Of a DNA stretch of 64,000 nucleotides, positions 29,693 to 44,325 are shown one piece after another. The position numbers and the translations under genes are program-made. The notes beneath the pieces are model-generated. The model saw nothing but the letters and a program-made list of their open reading frames with translations. It ran no database searches and was not told the origin of the DNA. Numbering within the stretch: position 1 is the first letter of the stretch; every line of letters starts with the position of its first letter. Location of the stretch: the NCBI GenBank assembly GCA_951406725.2, contig OX597828.1, positions 73,532,001 through 73,596,000 on the forward strand. The letters are read 5' to 3'. The DNA comes from Octopus vulgaris (lineage: Eukaryota).

Positions 29693-30091
29693 AATATAAA
29701 TATATATACATTTATATATATATATGCACACATACAAAAGTTGCTGGGAGTGGTGTGGCGCTGAGGTTTTGTGTATGTACAATTTCCCTCTGTGTTTGTG
29801 TGTGTATGCGTATTTGTGTCTGACAGTGTGTATGTATATGCGTGAATGCATGAATGTGTGAGCATGAGTGTTGTGTGTGTATGTGTGTGTTTGTGTTTGC
29901 GCTTTTGCAACTGTTTTGACACAGCAAGCGTTTGCAATATGGAAGCCTATAACGACAAAATGGCGCCGCTTTTTAGGTTTTACATTGATCGTGGTATTGC
30001 AGTGCAATATGGAATCCCAACATCTCAGAACAGGTATTGTTTGTTTGGTTGATTTTTCGTTGTGCGTCCATGCTGGTGCGTTTGAGAGTCT

Positions 30092-30156
<65 letters not shown>

Positions 30157-30311
30157 AGCGCGTGTGTGTGTGCGCCTGTGTGTGTTTGTGTGTGCTTGCA
30201 TGCGTCTTTCCAGCCTTTGAATTTGATTCGTAATATGGAGTGAAGTTACCGAAAAAGTTTTACATAATTACACATGAATACACACACAGGTATATGTATA
30301 CATACGTGCAT

Positions 30312-30389
<78 letters not shown>

Positions 30390-30855
30390 CTCCTAGAAAC
30401 TTAATGACTAAAGTTGCAAATTACAAAGTCGCAGTTACATGTATGGATACACACGCGCATACACAAACACAGGCATATACACCTAGATGTACGCACGTAG
30501 ATGCATATATCATGCGTACATACAATCATACATACAGACATACATACATTCCATTAAACCTACACTCTCATGTGAGAACTCCTTGCTATAGTCACTCAAC
30601 ACACCACTCACACACTGTTGAGATAAAAATGAATGAAAATCGATATATTACAAGAAATTTTAAGTCTTGGAACACTGGATTTTTTTCTTTGTCGTTTGTT
30701 TAACATTATTTAAATATTATCGAAAAATTACAAGAATCTCCTGGATTCTATTATAGAAATTGTCAATATCTTTGGAATAACTTCTTTTTGAATTCTGAAA
30801 CTGACTCAGTGATTCACAAAGCGATTTACTGAGGACAACTCCAATATTCCATATT

Positions 30856-31113
30856 ATATATATATATGTGTGTGTGTATAGTAATTCCGATAGTTCACAT
30901 ATATAATATATACATTAATGTATAAATCTATATTCATATATATATATATATGTGTGTGTGTGTGTATAGTAATTCAGATAGTTCACATATATAATATATA
31001 CATTAATGTATAAATCTATATTCATATATATATATATATGTGTGTGTGTGTGTATAGTAATTCAGATAGTTCACATATATATATATATACATTAATGTAT
31101 AAATCTATATTCA
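30856..31113. repeat. Minisatellite, three copies of a roughly 80-bp unit
   Basis: gtatagtaattc(c/a)gatagttcacatat...cattaatgtataaatctatattc occurs three times. Confidence 0.85.
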
Positions 31114-31132
31114 TATATATATATATAAATGC

Positions 31133-31184
<52 letters not shown>

Positions 31185-31411
31185 TTATATAGTTGTTTTA
31201 TTTTTTATTGAGTTTCCATGATTAATTTTTTAGCTATTTTATTGTAGTTTATTTATTTGTTATTTTTCTTTTCATATTTGAACTTTTGTCCTTCTGAAAT
31301 GTAGCGAAATAGAAAACAAAATAAAGAATATATAATTAAAAATACGATGGTAAATGTTCCACCTCATTAGAGAATTTTGATGAGAACAAGCACAAAACAT
31401 GACAAAAGAAC

Positions 31412-31444
<33 letters not shown>

Positions 31445-32735
31445 CAGAAGCGCTTATTATTAGTAACAAATGGATATATCCTGTGGATATATCCTGATTT
31501 ACTTCTAAGCAAGTGCCCGAGTGCAATGACCTAGGCTTTTTTCCTTGTAAGAAAGTACCTCGTGTTATTAGCCCACCCTGATTCACTCCTCGATTATTTT
31601 CTCGTTCTTCACTCATTTAAAATATCTACCATTTTGGTAATGACTGATGACGGCGTCGATGTATACTTCTAAGATTTTCTATTTTGCTTCACAAATAATT
31701 ATTATTATTAAGAAGATGAGCTGCTGGCTAACATCACACGGGTTTTTTTTTAGTAACCTTGGCAATAAACGTTTCTACCAGACAAAAAGCAGGCCATCGA
31801 CTAACTACGTGGGACGCCCCCGTTTTTCCCTAATTTGCTTATCTAATATACAATAGTATCTGCTTATTTTTTGAAATTTAAAACAATTTAGTAATGCATC
31901 TGGTTGTATGATTCAGTATAATTCAATGTACAAAATTATGTATAATCATTTTGCTGTTTGTAAATTGTTTTCGTTTCTTATTAATTAAAATACTGGCAAT
32001 CTATATTTAATAATTATTTTACCTTGAAAATTTAAATCATACGAAAACTATAAAAGAACCATTAAATTTTTCTAATCCAAAACACATCGGAGATATCAAA
32101 CTTTTCAAAATTCCATATAACTCTTGTTAATCAGTGTCTGAATTGCCGCTAGATTAAGCATTATATCTTGAAAAGTATCCATTTTTGCCAATGGCTTTGA
32201 GGATCTTTTCTGAACATTTAATTCCACTTGATATATTTGAAATCATCTGGAAAAATGTAAATTAAAAGCCACTGGCAAAATGGTTACAGCATTCCAAATA
32301 AGTAACTCAAGAGACTGTTTCTTTCAATTTGACATATTTCCATGTAATTATGCAGCGACATCGTCATACATGTAAGCAAAAGCAAAATGATTTTTAAAAA
32401 AAATAATCATTTATGAACGGCGTGCGCGATGATGTGGTTAGAAAGTTGATTTCTTATTCGTAAGATTTCGAGTTCAGTTATACGGCGCGCCACGATTTGG
32501 AAACGGTGTCTAGTAATGCATCGGAGAAATTGTATGAAATTATATGAAAATCTTCTACTTGTTTAAATATGTAGCCTGTAGCCATGCTTGAACGGTTTAG
32601 CCCCAAAATTTAGTTTGTTTCAAGGCCTGGTTCTTATCCTATCGGACTTGAGAAACGCTAGTTGATGGGGGACGTAAACGAACTAACACTGATTGTGAAG
32701 CTTTGGACTCGGACACTTACAAACATAAGAAAGCA

Positions 32736-32792
<57 letters not shown>

Positions 32793-33224
32793 CACACTTA
32801 TATATACATGCATATATACATACATACATGCATGCATTCACGCATGCATACATACACACATACATGCATGTATGCATGCATGCATACATACATACATGCA
32901 TACATACATACATACATACATACATACATTCATACATACATACATACATAGATACATACATACAAGTATATGCATAGTAATACATACGTAAAGCAAAACA
33001 CAGAACTACACATATACATACATATATACATACAAACATACAAAAATATCCTGCTGTTGATGTTGAAATTCCAATGAAGGAGCCTTGGATCTAGGTTAGA
33101 AACCGATTCTTTCTCTATTGGCAAGAAATCTTGAAAAAAAACTGAACAATGACATACATACATGTGCGTGTGCGTTTGTGCGCATGCGTTCTTGTGTGCA
33201 TTTATTGTTTCACTTCCAACTACT

Positions 33225-33425
33225 TTGATTAATCTGAATGACTCCGGATTCACTGTTGTAGCTATTACGAAAGAAGTAGTGTGGAAGACCCCTATGAAAG
33301 GAATCGGGACAGACACTTACATCTCCAGACCTGAAAAGGAAAATAGGGGTGGAGAAGGAGTGCCTGTCACCGGACGTCTATAAGAAAAGATGGAAGGAAG
33401 TTGCGAGAATGGTGAGGGTCAATGT
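33225..33425 (+). mobile_element. Old Tx1-clade LINE 3' fragment related to 23380-25190
   Basis: VVAITKEVVWKTPMKGIGTDTYIS and LKRKIGVEKECLSPDVYKKRWKEVARMVRVN match VAMAKECIWWTRLKGLETNTFLS and HLKRKVRVERQVLSSECFKKRWVNVARMARMN. Confidence 0.8.
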
Positions 33426-34296
33426 TTCTGCTTAAGAATGTTCATAAAGTTTTTTCAAAGGTAGCAGTGGAGGATCGGGGTTGGCGGGGCCAAAGTAGGA
33501 CCCGTCCCACCACTTCATTGTTTGTATAATTACTCGTCTCAATCATTCGATTTTATTATAAATTTCTAATCGATTTTTGATATTTATGTTTTTCATCCTG
33601 ACCCCAAACCCTTGTATCGTCCCCTCTATGTTTGGTCCCCTGTGGGCAATAAAGAATTAAGAATGACCCCGGAACATATTCCATTCCTTGAAACCTGTTT
33701 ATGTTACATTTGACATAAAAATGCAATGTAACCATAGTGAAATCAGCTTTGAAAACACACACACACACACACACATTTTGATTGCTTTATGCTTGAAATA
33801 ATTATTTGAAAGGTTTCGCCCTTGGTAACTGATTAATTAGAGTCGTAAATTCTGGAATTTGATAAAAATTTCATCAAAAAGAAAACAAAATCTCACGTTG
33901 CTGCACGTAGTAACAATTAGGATATCCATCCGTTCGCAGATAAATCTTCTTACATTTCCTCTCTTTTCCGTCTTCTTAAGAATCTGAACAAGAACCTTTA
34001 AGAAGTTGTTTCAAAATTTCTAAAAACAAAATAATTATTCGAAACATTTTAAAGACAGACGTGAGCTGCTGTATGCATTTTAGGATCTCCCTTTCACTAT
34101 ATTCTGCAACATCTGTCTTTAAATATTCTTCTCCCACGGATATCCTTAGCGAAACGCCGAATATTTTCTTTCAGATTGAAAGGGCCTATAAAGATACCAT
34201 GCTCTATTGAAATACAAGCAGTGTGAAAGAACGTGATTGGTTTTGAAAACAACATTTCATTAACAAAAAAAAAAATCCAAGTTAAAACATTCCCAA

Positions 34297-34347
<51 letters not shown>

Positions 34348-34351
<4 letters not shown>

Positions 34352-34735
34352 TGACGTATTTTTGCCATTTCAATATGGCTAACCCCTAAGGGTGGATGCT
34401 ACTGTAGTTTTTAGCCCCAGGAGGACACACTCCTCCAGCTGGCCATAGACACACTTTCTGTGTCCTGTCAGTATTTGCAAAGGGAAGTCATCCTTCCCGT
34501 CTTCAACTTATGATACACACGGACTCGAGTTTCGAGGTATTGACCTCTCGTCAGCGTGTGACAATCATAGTTGTCGCCGAGAATTAGATTTCCTTCACAA
34601 ATACTTATACTTTTTCCAGCGTCCACTGTCGCTGATATTGAAAAAGTGAAATCAAACAATGATAAATATCAAAGTGAGTTATATACAGTAGCGGTAACAC
34701 ATCGTGACGTATTTTTGCCATTTCAATATGGCTAA
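34348..34735 (-). mobile_element. 353-bp terminally redundant hammerhead-bearing element (retrozyme-like or PLE pseudo-LTR)
   Basis: Identical 35-bp direct repeats at 34348-34382 and 34701-34735; internal perfect HHR; abuts (TA)n. Confidence 0.75.
34516..34560 (-). ncRNA. Type I hammerhead ribozyme with intact consensus
   Basis: cacacg-CTGACGA-gaggt(caat)acctc-GAAA-ctcgag-TC-cgtgtg: 6-bp stem I, 5-bp stem II, palindromic stem III ACTCGAGT, GUC cleavage triplet. Confidence 0.92.
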
Positions 34736-34985
34736 ATAGTAAAAAGTGAAAGAACTACAGAAGGCTTCTTTTAAAAGGTTAAAGAATATATATTTAAGTC
34801 AATATGTCTGAAGAATATTATAAATTTTTTTCTCACAATGACATACTTTTTTCACTTTTTACTATTTTCCATATATTCAACCACGTGCTTTCACAAACCA
34901 ACTTTCTTATCTATATATATATATATATATATATGGCGGTGCCCCAGCATGGCCACAGCTCATAAGCTGAAACTAGAATCAATCA

Positions 34986-35023
<38 letters not shown>

Positions 35024-35248
35024 CTTCCATTATATTCCATTTTATTATCTCACAAACCCTGCATTTGTCTATATATTTTCAGTAGTGGCATGGTTATCCA
35101 GTAACGTTCTCCAATAACACAAAAACTTCAAAAGCTTCGAAAAACTGTAGCATTCGTATTGTTTACTTCATTCACTATTTTACCACTCACCAAATGCAGC
35201 ATCGAGTGCGTTTTAGAAGTGTGCGTGTGCTTATGGTCTGTGGATGTC

Positions 35249-35324
<76 letters not shown>

Positions 35325-35326
<2 letters not shown>

Positions 35327-35460
35327 GGCGCGTGGCCTGGTCGTTAGGCGTGTTGCACTACCGATCACACGATCGTGGCTTTGATTCCCACACCGGTGTT
35401 CTTCAGCAAAATTCTTCATTTCACGTTGATCCAGTACACTCGATCAGCTCTAAATTAGTA
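35325..35460 (+). mobile_element. Degenerate tRNA-derived SINE (7581 family)
   Basis: aggcgcgtggcctggtcgttagg...atttcacgttgatccagtacactc. Confidence 0.65.
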
Positions 35461-35601
35461 ACACTGCAGCGAAGCATCCCGATGAAAGAGAAGGCTGCCC
35501 TGTTCGCCATAACCATTCGACCACCGGTGTATAACAACATCCTATAGTCTGATATATGTGAGTGTATGCATGCGTGCGTGTGTGCGAGTGTGTGTGTATG
35601 C

Positions 35602-35644
<43 letters not shown>

Positions 35645-35949
35645 CATACAAATATGTTATCAACTAGATATATATATGTGTGTGTGCGTGTATGTGTGTG
35701 TGCGTGTGTATATATATATGTATGTATATATAAACAACGAAGCATTAGCGCAATGCAGTGTTTAGGTATGATCAGAATTTAGGCTAGTTGAAATATGTTT
35801 GTAACATATTTCAACTGCTAAAAGGTAAATACACTAAAGTTCCTGGGCGATCTACGAACGCAACTCAACCTGTTGACTGAATTATATATAAAGCTACGAC
35901 TTTGTTAAGTTCGTTCAGAGTTGCTTCTCTTACCTACACCTCATTGAGT

Positions 35950-35989
<40 letters not shown>

Positions 35990-36315
35990 TCCGTTCCATG
36001 CTGTCTTTACGTGTTCGTTTCTCGTTGAGTTCTACGTCTATTTGTGGTGTCCTGTACACACGTATATATATTTACATATGCATGTATATATATATGTAGA
36101 TGTAGGTACGTACATATATGTTTGTATGTATGCATATATTTTATTTATTACACTATTGTATGACTGAGCGCCTTCGCGTCGATTCGATTCGATTCGTTTG
36201 GTTTCGTTTCGTTTCGTTTCTTCTTCTTCTTCTTTATGCTGGTTTTTATATATAATTATGACGCGAAACTCTATAACTCCTTCTTCTCTCTTTCTTTCAC
36301 CCTCTTTTGCTTCCT

Positions 36316-36355
<40 letters not shown>

Positions 36356-36701
36356 TCCTCATCTCTCTCACAGCCGGGTCTACGAACTTTCTTTCGCTGA
36401 CGGCCTTATTCAAGTAAACATGTTTCTTCCTGCGCTCGTGAAAAAAATTTTTTTTTCCTCGTCTAGGCTTATAGGTCCCCTTATTTGTTTTCCTGTCCTT
36501 TTTCTATTCCTTCCTGTACTGTATTTTTTGTAATTGTATTTTTATTTTGTATTTGTTTTTAATTGTATTGTTTTTACGTCCTGTTTTTGTCACATTTTTT
36601 TTCCTTGTTTTTACCCCTCTGCAAAGGAATTTTATTTAATTCCTTCGCATATATATATATAAAGATAGATCGATAAATAGATAATACATACATACATACA
36701 T

Positions 36702-36732
<31 letters not shown>

Positions 36733-36889
36733 TACATACATACATACATTCATACAAATATATAGTACCAACTGCTTATATATGTATATTCGTTGGTCTT
36801 GCTTAATATTGCGAAACTGGCTAGAAGAGATGGACAAAAGAAGCTATAAAGAAAATGATATTATAACGAATGTATCGTTTGTTTTTTTT

Positions 36890-37055
36890 TCAATCATTAG
36901 AATGTGACCATACTGGAGCACTGCTTCGAAGTTTAGTCAAGTCGACCCCAGTGCTTAATTGTGAAGCCTGTTACGTATTATATCGGTTGCTTTTGATGAA
37001 CCGCAAAATTACGGGTCGTAAATACATCGTCATCGAATGTTGAGCGGTGGTTGGT
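36890..37055 (-). mobile_element. CORE-like SINE, 3' part
   Basis: Aligns with about 47655-47820. Confidence 0.6.
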
Positions 37056-37182
37056 GAGAAACGCATTCGTTTTGGGATCATCACTACTTTTTTATCTTCT
37101 CTTCTTCCTAGCTCTCCTGTCTAACAACCTCTGTCCGGCATTCGCTATGATTGATCGCTAGCCACTAAACCTTTTTATTTAC

Positions 37183-37251
<69 letters not shown>

Positions 37252-37265
37252 TTATTTCTGTGTTC

Positions 37266-37301
37266 TTTTCTCTCGAAGAGCATAGGCTCGAAACGTAGAA
37301 G
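37266..37301 (+). ncRNA. Degenerate minimal hammerhead in a (TA)n-tailed element
   Basis: tttt-CTCTCGA-a-gagc(atag)gctc-GAAA-cg-TA-gaag; downstream body homologous to 42115-42215 (minus) and 54634-54730. Confidence 0.5.
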
Positions 37302-37447
37302 ATTTTGTTACTTCCCGAGCGTTGAACTAAAGCATCTGTTTGTTGTTCACACCACCTGTCTTCGTCTTAGGTTTTTTTGTAAATACTCATTATATATATA
37401 TATGTGTGTATATATATATATATAGAGAGAGAGATAGATAGATAGAT

Positions 37448-37531
<84 letters not shown>

Positions 37532-37565
37532 GTAGGTAGATAGATAGATAGACAAACAGACAGAC

Positions 37566-37610
<45 letters not shown>

Positions 37611-37643
37611 TACCTAAACACACACACACACTCAAATGTATAT

Positions 37644-37694
<51 letters not shown>

Positions 37695-38295
37695 ACAGTT
37701 TCCGTCTACCCGAAGAGCCATGCTCGGAACGTCATTTGTACTTCTATTTCACCATATAAATCTTTCTCTGACTATTAATCTAATATATTCATTTTTATCT
37801 GCTATTTAACGTCATAATTGCTACCAACATTCTACCCGGAAACATGAACAAATGAACTGATCAGATTTTTAATATCAATGTTATTAAATATTATATTTGA
37901 CTAGATACTAATTGAGACCTCTATAATATTATATAAATATTAATATAAAACTGTAAGTACTTCTATAAATACTAAACTGTTTTGGTTCGTATAAAGTGTA
38001 ATATTGTCGATATTAAAAATCGTAACGTCCGAATTTATATGTGTGTGCGTGTGTGTGTGAGTGTGTGTGTGTGTGTTTGCGCATACATACACTTTGAGTC
38101 TTCATCCTCAACGTCATGCACCGGCAAACACAGACATATATATGCCTTCACTTACATATAATTTTTATATATGCACATATACCTATGTATTTAATTTCAC
38201 ATATATACGCGGGTGTTGGGGGGGACGTTTCGTTTGTGTGGCTGTATGTGTGTGTCTGTGAGTATATTTATATATAAATGTGTGTTTCTTAAAAT

Positions 38296-38331
<36 letters not shown>

Positions 38332-38781
38332 AATATATAGATAGGTAGATAGATAGGTATGTATAGAGAGTGCGGCATTAATATCAATATATGGCTCTGT
38401 ATACGTGGTGTCTGTGTTTGAATATTGGGCTATTAAGTTAAACTAGTATTCACTGATGGCCATTTGTCTAAATACATCATATAGAAAAAAAAAAAGCGCC
38501 TTCATATTAATATCTTTTGAAAAGCGAAATGGAAGTAAGGATGGCGGAGGGGAGATAATTATGTTTCAAATGGAAGTATTAAAACGTGACGGCCTTTGCT
38601 TGCAGTATCGTAACATACTGACATCAGAGAAATGTGGAGATTTATTCAAGTTGTCTGCCAATTGCCAACTAATCAGACACACATGCACACGTAAGCGCAC
38701 ACACACATACACACACACATGCACATTCTCATCTACACACATATAGTCGCAAACCACACACCCAAAGGAACACTCATACAC

Positions 38782-38842
<61 letters not shown>

Positions 38843-39630
38843 TATCTGACTGGGAATCCATTTGTTAAAAAAAAGTAAGCTGTCGTATGTGTCAGTAGTG
38901 CCATACATACAACTATATACATAGGAATACATACATAAAGCAAAACAGTATACAGTATTACAGATCCATTACAGACGATCTAACCATTCGGTTTTGCACC
39001 GAGTTGTAGATCAGAGGGCGGTTAACTGGCATCACGTGCTGCCCAGAATCGCAATCGCAAGTGTATCTGCGGAGCCGATTTGTGAGATCGGATTTGAACG
39101 AATCTATAATATTGTACACTTTGTCTTTGGGTGATAACGGCTGAACGCCTCTGAACCCGCGCAACAGAGTTTTGTTGCATTGAGAACTACAGAGGCGTTT
39201 TGCCTTTTGTGTAAATGTTTTATTTACTCATTCCTGAACATGAAAGCAACGATTTATTACACAATGAAGTGCGAAATTCCTTTAAGAAGCTGACGATTAA
39301 GAGTATTGAATTGACGAACCTAAAGAAAAGCGAAACAGACTCTTCTTGTCATGAGTCACTGTGTATCACGCTTGTGTGTGTATGCATATATATATATATA
39401 TATATATATATGAGTGTATTTGTGTGTGTATGTGTGTGTGATGTTTTTTACACAAAATATCAATCGAAAGGTAATATGTAAAACAATTCCGCTGTTTTAT
39501 GGCTTCTATCGACGTGTATATGTTTAGTATAAGGCATAGATGCTGATTCTCATATAATGATGTTACAATTGCGCACACCGATTTTGTGTGTACATATATA
39601 CTTACATACACACACACACATATACATATG

Positions 39631-39704
<74 letters not shown>

Positions 39705-39785
39705 AGCACACCTAGGCTCACATTGTGTATGATAGGTATTTATGCATTCATACACATAGCGTACAGACTCACACACACACATGCG

Positions 39786-39864
<79 letters not shown>

Positions 39865-40369
39865 CTTTTACCAATCTGTATCGGCAAAAAACATGTATAA
39901 AAAGGTGAGAAATCCGAAAAAACCGATACACCGTCCTCTTTTCAGCAGAATCACACAGAGTTCTACAGACACCTTTGTTTATCTTGCTTACCATCTTCAA
40001 TGCAACGCCAAATCAGTCATTGGTCAATTGGAACCAAAAAAAGATACAAACATTACAGGAAACTAGATACAGAAAAAGTGTTAAGTTGGCATGGAATCGA
40101 TTTGTTAATAAAGTGTTTCTCGCTGAAAATATTTACGGTTTCGAATCAAAGCCAGAATCAATATTCCAATGAAGGACTCATGTCTTAAGCGTTGCAAGAT
40201 TTTATTCTTCCCGATAGCCAAAAATATTCACACCTCCAAAGTCTATTGTGTTTGCTTTTATTTTGTTTTATTTCGATTTTTACTCTGTTTATTTCTTCTT
40301 TATATATATATATTTTTTTCTTCTTTATATATATATATTTTTTTTCTTCATATATAAATATATATATAT

Positions 40370-40444
<75 letters not shown>

Positions 40445-41203
40445 TAGATATATATGGATGTGTGTGGGGCTGGACTGGGTATGTGATTTCTTGTTGCAGA
40501 TGCACGTACATATGTACTAAACAAACAAACACACATATAACAAAAATAGAATACAATTTTATTAATAGTTCAAAACCAATATTTCTACAGCCGTTTCGAC
40601 AACATCAACAAAATGTTTCAACTACGTACTTATTAATGCTATCATCAATATATATAGTAGATATATGTATCTATGTATATACCAATCTATACATGTGTGT
40701 TTGTATGTATGTATAAGATAAATATATATATACATATATATATATATTAGAGAAAACAAACACTATTATATTATCCAAACAATGATAGACATAAACCATA
40801 TCATAGAAAAAATAAAATATATGATTAAACATTCATCTAGATCACATATGTAAGTTTGGAGTTATACTTCCTAATATTATTATTATTATATATATATGTG
40901 TGTATGTGTGTGTGTGTGAGTGCGTGTGTGTGTGTGCGTGTGTGTGTGAGTGCCTGCGTGTGTGTGTCTGTGTGTCAAAATCTGACAGTCTAATATGAAT
41001 ATCGCTTTTGTTTGGTTTGTGCAGGGGTGTGGACAGCGCAGTCAACAACGAGTCACAGACTTCACTCTCAGATCTTGATATACATAAAATCTCTATTTGC
41101 TCTATCGTCTCATCGAGATCTATAATGGATTTTTCTTACACGGCGTGAAATGTATTTTTGTATAATTTACAACATTAACATTACGACATAAATACAGATA
41201 TAT

Positions 41204-41275
<72 letters not shown>

Positions 41276-41992
41276 ACAGACAAAATCGAAATGAGGATTT
41301 TATACACGTAACGTAATGCGAAAGGCTGAGTCCATTTGTAAACAGGCCAAGTCTTCTCGTGTAACAAATTCTATTAGCTATTTTATATCTTAGAACTGGA
41401 TATTGGTCATATCTTACCGAACGTCCCCGTAATATGATAAACTTTTTACTTGAATAATTTATTGGTTAGAGTCTATGACATTATTATATGTAAATATGTA
41501 TATATACACACACCCATATATATGCATGTGTGTGTATGTGTATGTACGTATATCCATGTATGTTTACATGTATGTATGTATGTGCGTGTGTTTGTGCACG
41601 TATATCTATCGCAATGTATGACTTGTAAAGTTTATTTTAAATAATATACATTCGTTGTTGTTATTCTTCCTTAGTTTAGCCCTAAGCAAATAGTTGTATA
41701 ACAAGCGCATTCCGACCATGACCATCCAGTCTGTCATACAGACCTATGAATATCTTGAAATACGTTATCCCAGACACGAAAAGAATTCCGTCACAGAAAT
41801 TATATCCAACATGGCGTTTCTATTACTCTTGTTTCTTCATTAAAACAAAATGTGTGATGTGGTAACAATTAGGCCCTTTATAAAAGCACTAACCTGTTTC
41901 TGTTATTGTCCAGACCAAAGTTGATCTTCATTGAGTAATCTTAGTATGGAAGGCGTTCCAACCATGACCATATAGTCTTTTGTTTTATATAG

Positions 41993-42112
41993 GCATTGCT
42001 GTGTGTTAAGAAGTTTGCTTCCTAGCCACATGAATCTGGTTTCAGTCCCACTGCGTGGCACCTTGCTCAAATGTCTTCTACTGTAGCCAGGAACCGACCA
42101 AAGCCTTGTGAT
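41993..42112 (+). mobile_element. CORE-like SINE, 5' part
   Basis: Reverse-complement match to about 47903-48020. Confidence 0.7.
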
Positions 42113-42214
42113 TCACAAAAAAATAACAAAAGACGAAGACAGGTGGTGTAGGCAACAAACAGATGTATAAGTATAACACTCGGGAAGTAAAACAGTCTTT
42201 AACGTTTCAAGCAT

Positions 42215-42267
<53 letters not shown>

Positions 42268-42362
42268 TAAAGGCTCCTAAATAAAGATGCCAAGTGCTGG
42301 GAACACAAAAAGGGGATGAACTTATCGAGAGTGAAAATCAAAAACGTTTACCGATAATTTTA

Positions 42363-42440
42363 ACAACTCGTACCGCGGTTTCTGCTTCTTTCTAGCAAAA
42401 CAGAATATGTTTGCTAAGGCTGGCTTCATCAGCGAGTCGC
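42363..42440 (-). ncRNA. Type I hammerhead ribozyme motif
   Basis: gcgactcg-CTGATGA-agc...tagcaaa/tttgcta...gca-GAAA-ccgcgg-TA-cgagttgt; 8-bp stem I with two G-U pairs; palindromic stem III ACCGCGGT; irregular base of stem II. Confidence 0.75.
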
Positions 42441-44229
42441 CTGAATTTAATCGAGGTCCGCAGCGATGTGGGGCTATATGTTAAACCCGACTACTAGCAG
42501 ATCTTAACTTTTCAAAACTCTGCGCAGACGCAAAATTTACACGGGCATGCCGGGAAGAATTTTACGAATAAATTCATCATGTAGTATACGAATATAAACA
42601 AGAAGGGTAGTAATATTATTTACTACCAGGTGCCCAGCACAAAAGACGAATTAGTCATAAGACGAAAATATTATTCATATAGAAAAATATGAATAAGAGA
42701 AGAGAAGAAACGAAAATGGAGAGTAGGTAGTTAACAATTATGTATTATTAACAAATTGGTCATATTTACTTCTTAAATTATTAACTTCCTACTCACCATT
42801 TTCTTTTCTTCGTTTAGCTGGACATAAAGTAAATGCTTAATATATAACTATTGTTTTAAAGGAGTTTCATTCCCAAACAGTTCCAGGTTTTGAACCACTG
42901 TTTCCTTGGATGTAACCATCCAAGGAAATCATAATCAACAAATATAGTAATTACAAATCTAATTTCATAAATATATTCTATAGATATTTATAATATTTAT
43001 GTAAGTAATAATGGACTAATTTATTTATTTTTGGTTATATGTCTATATATTTATTGATAGAGAAAATATTAGATTTTTAATTACTATATTTGTTGATTAT
43101 AATTTAGATACTTATTTTTATGTATTTATTATTTTATAATTATTAGATCTGAACTTAAATCTAAAAATATTAATAGTGATTATTTTTTAAATAATTTGGT
43201 AATAAAATATTAGAGTATAACTGAGTTAAAGATATTTTTTAAGCCAAAGATAAATACATATTTCTATCTATTTCTTTACCTTAAAAATTAAAAATTAAAT
43301 AATAAAATAATAAGCGTGTTGTAGGAAATAATCCTATAAGAAAAATTATTGTTTTATTTTATTTCTTAAATAAATATTGTTTAAATATATTTGCTTATTT
43401 ATTTAACTATTATCATTAACCTGAAGATTGACTATAATTTTAAATCAAATTTATTTCAATTGATCTTAAACTTAATTGTAATTCGATTTTCTTTTTGGCC
43501 ATGAAACGTACGTAGTATTATTATATTATATATTTATCATTCATTGTATACTTTTTGAGATATAGTTATAAGTTATATGTCTTATAGAATTACATATTAT
43601 TTCTTATTTATGTATTGGTTTATGTCTATCACTGTTTGAGTTGCATAATAGTGGTTTTATCTCTAATTTATGTTTTATATATTTACACGGCGAAATTTGA
43701 TTTAATACTAAACTGAATTTTTCCCTGTAAGTTTGGAGGTATTATATATATATAGTGCAGTAGAGTGTAGTAGCTGCTTTCTCGAATACAAGCAAAGCCA
43801 TTGCAAGACACAGTCATTGCAGATTTGCACATTCTTTTGCATAATGCACAGCTCCGCTCGCTGGCAGAAGGAACACATGCCACAGTATACATACACACAC
43901 ACACACACACACACACTCACGTAATACATTCATACATACACACATACACATTTATATATGTATACATATACACATATATGTATGTATATATGCATATATA
44001 TATATATTATATAAATATGTATATGTTTGTGCGTATGTGTAGGTTTTTTTAAAAGATGCTATGGCGTGGTATGAGAGAAATTTTACTACTATTTCTAACA
44101 GATATATCTACCACATTGATGGTCCTTTGAAAGTATAGCAAAGAATGTAGATTTCCGACATGTACTGAAACCCTGCTCTGCTCTCGTATTTCACGAGATC
44201 TTGCCACGTTGTCTACGTCAGATATATAT

Positions 44230-44325
<96 letters not shown>

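Noticed and set aside
30856-31113. Regularly spaced repeats resembling a CRISPR array
   Set aside because: No unique spacers, eukaryotic context and no cas genes; a plain minisatellite.
33075-33115. CCAATGA...GAAACCGATT hammerhead-like motif
   Set aside because: Two core mismatches and poor stems; at most a fossil.
38958-39164. GC-richer 68-aa ORF (likewise 44438-44665, 45106-45561 and 14048-14290)
   Set aside because: No recognisable domain or paired splice sites; probably old TE debris.
40575-40650. Minus-strand stem II plus GAAAcggctgTA
   Set aside because: CUGANGA core and stem I not recoverable; not counted as an HHR.
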